Source: Pavona decussata (Eukaryota). From it: 64,000 nt of DNA. The notes under the pieces are model-generated. The model was not told where the DNA came from. It searched no databases and saw only the letters and a program-made list of their open reading frames with translations. Below are positions 24,601-35,052 of this stretch, piece by piece. Position 1 is the stretch's first letter. Each line of letters opens with the position of its first letter. The translations under genes were made by a program, and so were the position numbers. The stretch covers positions 372,001 to 436,000 of the forward strand of contig CDRNST010000229.1 of the NCBI GenBank assembly GCA_977016875.1. The letters run 5' to 3'.

Positions 24601-27600
24601 TTCTGAAGGAAGCATACTAAGTAAGGAAAAGACATTCCTAGTTTTGAGAAAAAAAGAAGAAGAAGCAGTACTGCAGGAAATGAGTTAAAATCTTCACATC
24701 GACGTATCGATTGGCAAGAGCGGCTGGTACAGCTCAATTGAAGGATTTACTTTATTCTTATGTTCCAGTGTGTAAATTATTTTACAATAAAATTTATTCT
24801 GCAGTTTGCGGTCTGCAGTCTGCAGTCTACAGTCTGCGGTCTGCAGTCTGCAGTCTACAGTCTGCGGTCTGCAGTCTGCAGTCTGCAGTCTGCAGTCTGC
24901 AGTCTGCGGTCTGCAGTCTGCAGTCTGCGGTCTGCAGTCTGCGGTCTGCAGTCTGCAGTCTGCAAATGTCATATACCGAAGCTGCGAGGGTCAAATAACC
25001 ATAGAGGAATGTGTTATGGCACTTGATACATTTGACAAGGGGAAAACGCCTGGAAATGATGGAATTCCTGCTGAATTTTATAAATGTTTCTGGAATTCTG
25101 TTGGTGAGTTAATGACTGAAGTTTTTAATCATTCATTTGAGCTAGGGCAAATGTCAAACTCTCAAAAGGAGGCGATCATCATCTTGATTGACAAAAAAGG
25201 AAGGGACAGGATGTTCTTGGAAAATTGGAGACCAATCTCCTTGATTAATGTCAATTCAAAAATCGCAACTAAGGTCATCGCAAATAGAATAAAAAATGTT
25301 CTTCCCTCTGTAATCTATCCAAATCAATCCGGTTTTATGAAGGGTAGGTTTATTGGAGAGACAGCTTGTTCAATCTTAGATACTATCGCCCACACTGAAT
25401 CACTACAGTTACCAGGTGTTTTACTGTTTACTGATTTTGAAAAAGCTTTTGACTCCATAGAACATGAATTTCTTTATTTGTTTATAAAGCATTACAGTGT
25501 TTCAATTTCGAACCCTCATTCATAAAGTGGATTCAAATGTTTTACAATAACCTCTCAAGTTGTGTTCTTAACAAATTATGGTTTTTTCTCTTCTCCTTTT
25601 CAGTTAGAAAGGGGTGTTAGACAGGGAGACCCTCTGTCGCCTTATGACATTTCTAATTGCCATTGAAATTATGGCAATATCTATAAGAACAAATGAGAAA
25701 AGTGAAGGCATAAAAATTGGGGAAGATGAAACCAGGTCTTTGTTGTATGCCGACGACATGACAGCTACTCTAGCAAATATTTCATCAGTCGAAAAAGTAA
25801 TACAAATCCTAAATGACTTCAAAAAATGTTCCGGCTTAAAAATGAACCTTTCTAAAACCAAGGCTATGTGGATTGGAAAAAACAAAAATTCTTTAGAAAC
25901 ACCTCTGGGTCTTGAGTGGTGTACAGGTGTCGAGACCCTAGGTATTTACTTCTCCTGTGACCATGAACATGTTATGAAACAGAATTTCCAGGATAAATTA
26001 AATGAAGTTCAAAAAACGATTAATTTATGGAAACTCAGAGGTCTCTCACTATTTGGCAAAGTAACAATTATCAAATCTTTTCTAATCCCAAAATTATTAT
26101 ATGTATCCTCAATAATAGAAACCCCACCCAAAATTATTAAACAGATGGAGAAAATGATCTACAAATTTTTATGGAAAGGCCCTAATAAAGTCACAAGGCT
26201 TTCTGTTATAAATACCTTAGAGAATGGTGGACTGAACCTTACAGACCTTGAGCTACATATTAAAGCATTAAGATTGTCCTGGATTCCGCGTCTCTTAGAT
26301 GAGAGGGAAGGGCCCTGGATTTCTTATCTTAAATACAACTTAAGCAAATATGGAGGATGTTTTCTTTTTAGATGTAACTATGATGTAAATGATCTTGACT
26401 AGAGTCTCAGTAAGTTTTACTTACAGCTTCTTAGATGGTGGGCGGATTTTAGATGCTCCTTTTCTGATGTGAATTATTCTCAAAATGTAATTTGGAATAA
26501 TAACAATATACGAATAAACAATAAACCCGTTTTTTATAAAACATACTTTGACAAGGACATAACAGTTTGATGTTGACAATGTGCGCTCTTACGAATCGTT
26601 TAAGCAGAAAGGACTTAACACTAACTTTTTGACTTGGACAGCCTTGAGATCTTCTACTATTAATATGAAATCAAAAAACTCCTGCTCCATTCCCACAGCG
26701 GATAATCTCGATCCTATGAACTTCAAATGTAAGTCTAAATCTTTTAATGCATATACGGCAAGGTGTAAACAGTTTTATTCTACGATGATATCAAGTAAAG
26801 TGAGAATCCCGAATGGCTTTAAAAAGTTGATAGTAGATTTTGAGCTCTTAAATGCACAGAAAGTTTTCTCTATTCCTTACCTTGTTGCGAGCTAAACATG
26901 TTTGGTCGTTTCAGTACAGAGTATTGAATTTCATTTTGTTTACCAATGATAAACTGTTCAGTGTCAGTTGATTACCACTAACAGAAATGTACAGCTTTAA
27001 CAATGAAATGGGGTGTGAAAACGTACCATATTGTATTCACTCTATTCTTGGTTTTCACGTGACGTCACCAAATTCTAGAATTCAAAACTGGGAGGCCTAC
27101 AAAATTTTTACCTTCATTCAAGGAAAGATTACCTAAAAATATGTCTGTTCACAATTTCTTAGCTCGATGTCGTGCTTCCTTTTGAAAATGGAACGGTTTC
27201 AATTTCCGAGTTTCCATCGTGCGTGACATAAGGAGGACGGCCGTGACAGAGCTTTTCCGTATCTTAAAAATGACTCTTCGGGTAATTTTCAGCATTCTAA
27301 ACAATTTAAGTTTGAGGAGAAATATTAAGCTAAACATTCGAAAATTCACAAGGGCAAACAAACCTCCTTCTGGCAAAAGTGAACTCCAGATGTTTTTTCG
27401 TATTTCCGGCCGCCATGTTTGTGTCCCTCAGAGGGGCACAAACATGGCGTCTCCATACTAAGCTCTATAAATTTATGTGGAACATTTTGTCAAATAACTC
27501 CAGTAGGGAATGCCGCACAGACCTGACACTTGGACAGATGCCTTATTTATTTATCCTCTATACCATGTCAATTTCTTGACTTCATTCATGGAATGGTTTC

Positions 27601-30550
27601 GATTTTTTTTTTCAATGGCGTGACAGTGAAAACCGAGAATAGTATGACAAAGACGAATTACGCAGCCAAAATTCTTTTGACAGTTCAGTTACTTAAAGGG
27701 AAAAAAAAACCAGTCACTTAGCTAATTGGATCCAAATTGCCAAAAAACTATTTAAAGTACTTTTCTATAAAGGTGTAGCTCTTTTCTCTTTTCTTCGGCT
27801 ATGCATCCATAAGTGATAAACACCTCCTGCCCCAGCTAACTAACAAGAACCAGTTCTTAAGTGGGAGGGTGTTTTTTTTTTCTTCTCTCTGGTTTCACGG
27901 GCTTTCTGCACTGCTCTAGCGCGGGTTAGTTTCTTCTTTTTAAGATGGGTCAACCACATTTGGACTTCTACACCCTTCAAGCAACATTTCTTTGCGAGAT
28001 GTAACGTGTTTTCTCCTTCAGCACAGCCTTGCTTGAAAGCTTCCTCAATAAGGACACTCGGTGGCAATGCTCTGATAACCCTCTTCTTGCTCTGCAACTC
28101 TAACAACCTATCAATAGATGTTCGCTACGCAATACACGGTACGCGGAAATTCAAGATGGAAAGTTGTCTACGCGGTACACGCTAGGCTTTAAGAACTAGA
28201 AATACACATTAATGAGTTAGCCAGCTATGTAGACTGTTAGAGTGGCAGGATATTCTGCAGTTTAAGCCAAAGCAGTTTTTCAGTCGGCAGTGTTTATTTC
28301 TTTCACTATTCACTGCGGGACAAAGCCACAGCTTGGCTCATTGTATAAAAAATCTACATTGTTTAAATACAATCTATAAAAATCATTCATTCTACTTTCC
28401 ATACATACCTTCAAAAATACTACAATACACAACTTTTGAAGACCTTTTTTTGTACGCCAATATTTGCTCACAAATGCTATATCTCTTCCTTTAAACTCTT
28501 CCATCTCGTCCAAACACATGTTTATATCTGTTAGTGACTTCGGTGCCCGAAAAAAAAAAGCCATCTGAAACCTGACACTTCAGGTTCAATTTTCCCAATC
28601 CCACCCAGACAAAGGTCAAATTCCTGACCCCCGGGAAGGCTTTACCCATCAAATTCCCCACTCCCCGGGAACAGAAAATAGTCAAATGCCTGGGGGTTTG
28701 CCTGGGGGGGGGGGGGGGGATGTTGAAGTTTCGATTTGAATGGCGCATAACTGTCAAAATATCCTACATACTACTTTGGGTCTGAATGTTAATGAATGGC
28801 ATGGAAGAAATTTGATCATGGTATGTTTTAAGCCCCCCCCAACCCCCCCATTAAATGAGAAAGATGCACAGCATTTATCATTCAGCAACACAGGAATACT
28901 CAGAAAAAAAGTGCAAGTTACTGTAAAACTAAAATGGTTCTATCAAACCTAAATTGCTATTAAAGACCAAAGTGCCTTTTCTCAGATCTGTGCATCATAG
29001 ATCTGAAGAAAATAACTAAACTTGCATATCTCTCAAGCAGTTAAATCACAGTTTCTGCAATTCCAGTGACTTTCTATCTTAGGCAAAATTACATCCAATT
29101 CTTGAGAAAAATTATAAAATCTATGACCCAGTTTCACAACGAAATGGTCCAAAAACCATAAATTATCTAATGGACTAGACTTGTTTATAGCTCATATAGG
29201 AAATCGCTGATCACTGCTACTAAAATCAATTTTGGCTGCAAGGACATTTTTAAATGAAATTTCTTTACCTCTTTTCTGTGATCCTGGCATTGAAAATGAA
29301 CCTTGAAGCCAAACATTGACGATATGGACAGCAACTCCTAAAAGAGATAATAATGATGATTAACGGGGGTCAGTCCAAAATAGGGGTGGGGGGAACGGGC
29401 GCTGCTGAAAAGACTGATGACTGATGCATAAGTTTACTGATAAGAAACCACTACAAATTTATACCCAGTGCAAGTATTTCTATCAATAGGCCTTATCATG
29501 GTTTTCCACGCCATTTTGACGAGTAGGCAAACAGGCTTGAAATAACAGTGTTTGTATGGAAATCCGATGTCAAATAATTTTTATAAAACATCGCTTCTGA
29601 AAAATTCATGAATTGGAAACTTTTGGCACTAGGAAAAGGATTTTAAGAAAAAATTTGGAGGGATGTAGCTATGCCAGAAAGCGTCCAGTCCTGTTTTGAA
29701 CTTTCCATACATTTCCCTGTATTTTTTCCCGCGAGCTATTTTTAGAGCAGTTCGCGGCTGGTTCGCTTTACAGACAAATGTATGGAAAATTCAAAACACG
29801 ACTGGACGCTTTCTGGCACAGCTACATCCCTCTAAATTTTTTCTTAAAATCTTTTTCCCAGTGCCAAAAGTTTCCAATTCATGAATTTTTCAGAAGCAAC
29901 GTTTTATGAAAATTATTTGACATCGGATTTCCATACAAACACTATTATTTCACGCCTGTTTGCCTACTCGTCAAGATGTCGTCGAAAACCGTGATAAGGC
30001 CTATTGAGTTTTGTTAAGGAATCCAATATAGCAAAAATACCTTGCCGATCGTGAAAAATCACATAAAATTAAGAAAGCTTCCTACAGCACCCAGTTGTTC
30101 AAAGAGTGGATAACTTTATCCACTGGATAAGTCACTATCCAGCTAGCGGGAGCAAATGTACTCCAACTAACGCTTTTGGCAAGGTTTCAACACAATAATC
30201 TCATACTTGAATTTGACATATACTTCTATTCTATCCACAAATTATAGGGCTATCGGAAAAATCTTGCACACGTTTTATCTGACCTATCCTGTGGATAAAA
30301 TTATCCGCTCTTTGAACAAATGGGGCCAGATTGATAGAGGACACCTTGACCTTGAAAAGAAAGACGGGGAAAAATAAAAACTAACTACCGGTATTGACTT
30401 TCATAACAACACATTTACGATTAACACCTTTCTTTGATTGCATTGACATTGAAGTTTGAATCTACCTACCGATAATCTAAAATCGACATGTTCTTGGGCG
30501 AAGAGACACAAATATTTTACTTCGCTTGAACTGTTCAACTCGTCCGCCAT
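15672..30550 (-). CDS. TRMT11: tRNA (guanine(10)-N2)-methyltransferase TRMT11 homolog, 15 exons, about 453 aa (1-nt frameshift in exon 6 as assembled)
   Basis: Exons (all GT-AG, phases consistent apart from exon 6): 30470-30550, 29269-29337, 22100-22173, 21822-21903, 21109-21201, 20429-20562, 19473-19586, 19324-19366, 18609-18689, 18270-18308, 18052-18183, 17584-17656, 16811-16945, 16052-16172, 15672-15761. Motifs: YLCLFAQEHVDFRL, FIGNTSMDPQLSFLMAN, SAM motif FDPFVGTGS, IGSDID, DAIVTDPPYGIRE, GRLVYWLP, SRRLITMEK. Confidence 0.93.
22889..23410 (-). mobile_element. 3' end (ORF2 C-terminus, 3'UTR, poly(A)) of an L1/Tx1-clade LINE
   Basis: Minus strand reads LFLHKVEVKKQVEKIIAI, then after a frameshift NRTLCDFQIRWELLI* (stop at 23289-23291). 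An AT-rich UTR and an A-rich tail (T-tract from about 22887 on +) follow and abut the left TSD. Confidence 0.7.
23764..24161. mobile_element. Kolobok-like MITE nested in the LINE
   Basis: TTAA TSD (23760-23763, 24162-24165); TIRs GGTGGGG(G/C)T..ACCTG; RR...YY termini. Confidence 0.75.
24172..24978. mobile_element. Non-autonomous DNA transposon with (CTGCAGA)n subterminal arrays and 8-bp TSD, nested in the LINE
   Basis: TIR CGGT(G/A)TATGACATTTGCAGACTGCAG at both ends; TSD AAGCTGCG at 24164-24171 and 24979-24986; 7-bp repeats at about 24185-24229 and, inverted, about 24798-24964. Confidence 0.85.
27042..27642. mobile_element. Non-autonomous TIR DNA element
   Basis: TIRs CTATTCTTGGTTTTCAC / GTGAAAACCGAGAATAG; internal hairpin GCCATGTTTGTG...CACAAACATGGC. 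Confidence 0.7.
27840..28106 (-). pseudogene. Possible C-terminal fragment of a transposon-encoded protein
   Basis: 88-aa reading frame LAKKCCL...EVQMWLTHL.......RARAVQKARETR inside a TE-rich intron. Resemblance to invertebrate transposon ORF C-termini is recalled, not verified. Confidence 0.3.
29483..30007. mobile_element. Foldback element with about 230-bp inverted arms and about 60-bp spacer, in TRMT11 intron 1
   Basis: TCAATAGGCCTTATCA...TTTCCATACATTT is mirrored by AAATGTATGGAAA...TGATAAGGCCTATTGA, with few mismatches. Confidence 0.88.
30090..30328. mobile_element. MITE
   Basis: CCCAGTTGTTCAAAGAGTGGATAA.TTTATCCAC is mirrored by GTGGATAAAATTATCCGCTCTTTGAACAAATGGG. Confidence 0.7.
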
Positions 30551-31254
30551 TTTTTATTTCACATACCGCAAGGAAACCGCTGTGCAGTGGTACTGTTTTT
30601 CATAATTTAAAACAATACAATTTTAGGGACTACGGGATGGGGATTTCCATGGATCATGGGATTTCTAAGCGTGGCGTTTAGCAAGATTAATTAATGTAAC
30701 ATGAAAGAAGAGTGGTCATTTTTGAAAAAGGCCTATATGCGCAAAGAAGATACACGGAAGTGTATAATCTCAGTTAGCCAAATCGTAGTATAAGAGCCGT
30801 ATGGAGTTGAAATAGCCTCCGAGGTGCTATTTATTTAACAATTAGACGGCGAGCTCGAGGTTTCTATCGGCTTCTTAAGACATGGTTCTAAACGTTCACG
30901 TTGCCATCATGGGGCTGGTACAAAAGAACACTTAATCCGGAAGGGGGTGTGTGTTGTTTGCTGTGACCTAAACCCTGTCACGTGGTTCATGACGTGGACC
31001 GAGTTCCAGCTGACCTCAGCAGGCCTGTCCGCGGGAAAAATGGCGCCGGATTTGAATTTCTCTTTAGTTCTCTTTAGTAATTGCTAGAATCTGTATGTTT
31101 AAGTTTTATGTGGGCTTTTTGGCACTTTCTTGTCTAGCCCTTGGGGTTTAAGGTTGAGAGAATAATCTTTGCACCCAACTCCTCCTCCCCCTTCTACTAC
31201 CAGTGAGGACGCAGCAGATAAACAACAGTAGATCCTTTCACTTAAATTTAATCA

Positions 31255-33235
31255 TCACCAACAGTTACATAAATACGATTGCTCTAAAATTTTTCTGACA
31301 TCCCTTGCGTCAATGATATCCCCTGTAGCCATGCTCGGGCATGCGCTGTAGGGACTGTTCTGTTCATAGCACTGCCTCAGTGTCTCTAGTTCCTTGTCCC
31401 AGTCCTCCTCCCTATCTACCTTAGTGATTTCGCTACTTGGGTCAAGCAAACGATTTTCTATTGAATTGTCATAAACCTGGAAAAAGAGAAAAATAGAATG
31501 ATAGCATTCAGTGTTGCCAGTGATATGCGTCAAAACACAAGAGAATTTCTTTATTCCTGTCTTGGTTGAACTGCCTTAGCAGCTTACCGTGTCATCTTCC
31601 AAGTGCACAACGAAAAACAGTTTCATTTGTGGATTAAAAAAGGACGCCAAAGAAGCGACACTTGACTCTCCATGAAGAAAGTGCCCGCACTTGGCCAACA
31701 GTAGGATGTCGCTAAGGACCTGGGAACCAATTTCAATTGGATCGTTTGTTGCAACACTATGGACTGGTTTGTCTGAGTGGTATGCCTGTGCTCTTTTAGC
31801 TGCAGTAAAAGCCACCTAAAAAGCAATGAAAGCATAATGGCTTGTTTAATAGTCCCACGAGGCTGCTCTTCCCTGTTAACATAAAATGGAAGCCAAAAAC
31901 AACGTATAAATATTAATTCTGAAAAAGCTTTCAAAGTAGCTAACGAACGTTCACGCAAATACAAATTAAGACGTATGATAATTTTAGTTCTTAGTCTTGT
32001 AGATCGGACTTTGCAGTCTAACTCAAGTTAAGCTCGGTTAGCTATAACGCGTGCATTAGAGAGCAGTCAGACCGGCGGTGGGGATAAACTAACAGTCAGA
32101 CACAGTCAGTCAGACAGACAAAAAGACAGACAGAGACAGAGAGATATTCGAATGGTCAGATGGATGGATGGATTATTAAGGTAGGATTACCTTATTCTTT
32201 CCAAAGTGTTCCACAAATCGTTGAACGCTTTCATCGTTATCACTTGCAATGAAGATTTTCTTAGGTTGTTCAAGTGTTTGAAAGATTACTTGCGTGTCAT
32301 TGATCCACTGGTCTATCTCAGGTAAAGCTTGTTCCTCCATCTCTGTCCAATGATCAGTACCTCGAATATGAACTCTAACCACATTGAATCCCTCCATGTT
32401 TTTGCGGTAGAACTCGTCAACTCGCAACTCTATTATTTTGTTTGGTCGGATGTACTTAGTTATCAAATCTTTCACCCATAATCTTAGATTTGATGTAATC
32501 AATGAACCTTTCTCGTACCCTGGGAGACTCTGTCGTCTCCTAAACCCAACTTCTAGTAATGAGCTAGTTCGCGAGGCCCAGTTAGACTGTTGGATTTGTT
32601 TTGTGCTTAAGCGTTTGACTGTTCTTACAAGTTCCTGTGTCAATACAGGCCCAGCTATTATATCACCCAAGCAAAGAACTCTACTGGCGTTCAGTTCAAT
32701 CCTCTTCGAAGGCTCGAAGTAAGCGGGCCAAGAATTTATCTGTGGGTTTCTTGTACAAATTGTTTGACAGATGTTCCATTTTTAAAACAAACATATTTTG
32801 TATTCCGAGCATGTCACAGTATAATACATGATCTGAAGTGGCCAATAGCAGAGCAGCAAATCCAGCGTTTCCACAATCGAGAATCGTTGGCTCTGAGACG
32901 CAGACTGCGGCAGTATCTTTGGAGGATATGTGTTTGTTATCAGTGATTGCAGCAGAAAATCCTCGTTGAAGTTCTCTCAAAACAATGTCGGTTACGTTGA
33001 ATGCTTCCTTTTCCTTTTCGTTGGTACTTTTCATTTCTGAATTGCTCATCCTATCCTTAGAAATTGAATATTTGTCCTCGTTGCCTGTGATCGTCTGACC
33101 TGCCCAGGTCTCCCTTTTATTGATAGGTGAAGTAGAAAGCCTACCAACCGCCAAGAAGCTCCAATAATTGGCACACAGCCATATGACACAGCTGAAGAGT
33201 GTTAGTATCACACCACAGCGTCGATAACCGCCCAT
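31255..33235 (-). CDS. NodZ/GT23-like (alpha-1,6/O-fucosyltransferase superfamily) type II membrane glycosyltransferase; 3 exons, 32191-33235, 31588-31815, 31255-31476; +1 frameshift near 32780 (assembly error or pseudogene)
   Basis: N-terminal signal-anchor VILTLFSCVIWLCANYW. After frameshift correction the frame reads NSWPAYFEP. Fucosyltransferase motif I VHIRGTDH, motif II IFIASDN, motif III DILLLAKCGHFLHGESSVA. Phase-0 GT-AG introns. Exon 1 is 1045 nt (3n+1). Confidence 0.72.
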
Positions 33236-34132
33236 CACAGGAGACTATGTAGTGGTCACATTGATTTCTTCAAAGAATGATGAGAATGATACTGGAACTT
33301 GTTCAGAGACCACTGTCTTTTGACGAAGCTAATGCACGTTCGTCACTAAAATATTTAAGATGTCTTTCTTTTAATGACTACAGCTGCAAAGGAATAATTG
33401 ACATTTCAGAGTGAAAACATAGTACATTCTGAATAGAATGAAAACTGAAATTGATATCAGTATGCGTCTCCTCACTTTTTAACAATAAAGTTTGTCATCG
33501 TTAGTATAACAGTCTTCTAACGAGGGCTTGTTTCTTGACCTAGCTTTGAGTTTTGTGGATTGTTTTTCAAGAAAATGTAGTTTGGAGTATCGATGGCTGG
33601 TGCATTGTATACATGTAGTGCGACTCCGCTTTGATCACATAAATACTAAACCTCGGTTTCACACGGTGTTTAGACTACATGGAGAATACTGTTGTTCCAC
33701 CTTGTAACAATGACAGACAACATTGTTGTCTGTCCGGTCATTAGACTAATGGGAAAACACTCATTAGAGATTTGAGAGAATGATCCAAAACACCGTCTGT
33801 ACATTAAACACGAGGGATGTAATTAAAGCTGAAAAGGGTAAAGGTTCAGCTGACCAAATTTTGACAGTGGTAAGTTGCGATAACAATGCAACATGTTCTG
33901 CTAGACTTTTTCAAAGTCGCTCGCTTCTCTCTATTCAGTGAATGGACTTGGGCTCGACTTGTAAGCAAGTGTACATGTTTTGCATCTGCTAACGACAGAC
34001 TCGCCAACCAGCACATTTTTCATCATTATTCTAAAATCTAATTTCTGCTGCAATGCTCTTTACACTGAATTAAAAGATATTGTCTTCACCCATCCGATAC
34101 TATCTAAAGCGACTGGCCGCACACAGTACTCT

Positions 34133-34133
<1 letters not shown>

Positions 34134-34163
<30 letters not shown>
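34134..34163. repeat. (GTT)n microsatellite
   Basis: About 10 GTT units. Confidence 0.9.
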
Positions 34164-34164
<1 letters not shown>

Positions 34165-34634
34165 GAGGCTCATATTAAGTAAAATTAAGAACATTCTAAG
34201 AACGTTACCCAGGCTTCAGACACTGCATTTCAATTAAATAAACAAATGCATGCTTTGTTCCAGGCGATTGCAAAGACAATTAACTTTGTTTATAGAGAAT
34301 GAACCTCCCCACAAGCTGCTCAAGTCGACAGCTTCAATTCACCTGTAGTTCGTCTAAGTACACACATCGCACCGCCCTGGCGACGTGTCTTTTTGATTCA
34401 ATTCAAGTTTAATGGGAAACTATTCTCTGCAGTTCGACATTTAGCCCACTCACCTCTGAAAGCCAAGTGTATTATGTATTGTCTGAGTTACTTCTCTTCT
34501 TTTCTGTTTATCTTGAGCTTCAATTTAATTCAACGCAACCCAAAAGCGGCTCGACAAATTGATACTGACTCGATAATTTAATAAAGATGAGTTCAGACAA
34601 CTTAAATGAAATAACTCGAAATGCATGAATCATC

Positions 34635-34807
34635 AATAGGCCATTTTCATGATCGCGTCATTTGACTACAACTACCAGAATTTATTGCGTTTTCCTTTTC
34701 GAATTCAAATTTTGCAATCCCAGAGGAGAACAAAGAACAATAGCTATAATTAGCATGTAGATTCTGGTAGTTGTAGTCAAATGACGCCATAGTGAAAATG
34801 TCCTATT
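34635..34807. mobile_element. MITE
   Basis: AATAGGCCATTTTCA..GCGTCATTTGACTACAACTACCAGAAT is mirrored by ATTCTGGTAGTTGTAGTCAAATGACGC..TGAAAATGTCCTATT. Confidence 0.8.
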
Positions 34808-35052
34808 TCCGCATAAGAAGGGTCAAGAGGATGCATTGATTAATAGCGCTTGGGTCGCGTTGGGTTTGTAACTATGGACACCACAGGGCCATATCATATG
34901 CACAAAAATGATTTAGGTGATAAGAACAGTCTTATTTTGAATTCGACAGATGGTTCAAAAATGGTTGTAAGGAACACTGATGACTCAACAAATTCTTTGG
35001 TTAGCTCCCTTAAAATCTCGGGAAGGTCCGAGTACGCGCTAATTGGAAGGTA

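Larger units (their letters stand above)
23415..26954 (+). mobile_element. Degenerate L1/Tx1-clade LINE ORF2 (linker, reverse transcriptase and C-terminal part); inverted 5' segment of the same insertion
   Basis: RARARWHE..EKSTKYFLSLEKRN; KTPGNDGIPAEFYKCFW; NWRPISLINV; DFEKAFDSI; RGVRQGDPLS; LYADDMT; SGLKMNLSKT; WKLRGLSLFGKVTIIKS; GGLNL. Several frameshifts and stops. Lies in TRMT11 intron 2. Confidence 0.92.

Noticed and set aside
24694-25026. ORFs with ADCRLQT / SAVCSLQ repeats
   Set aside because: These are translations of the 7-bp CTGCAGA tandem repeat of a nested transposon.
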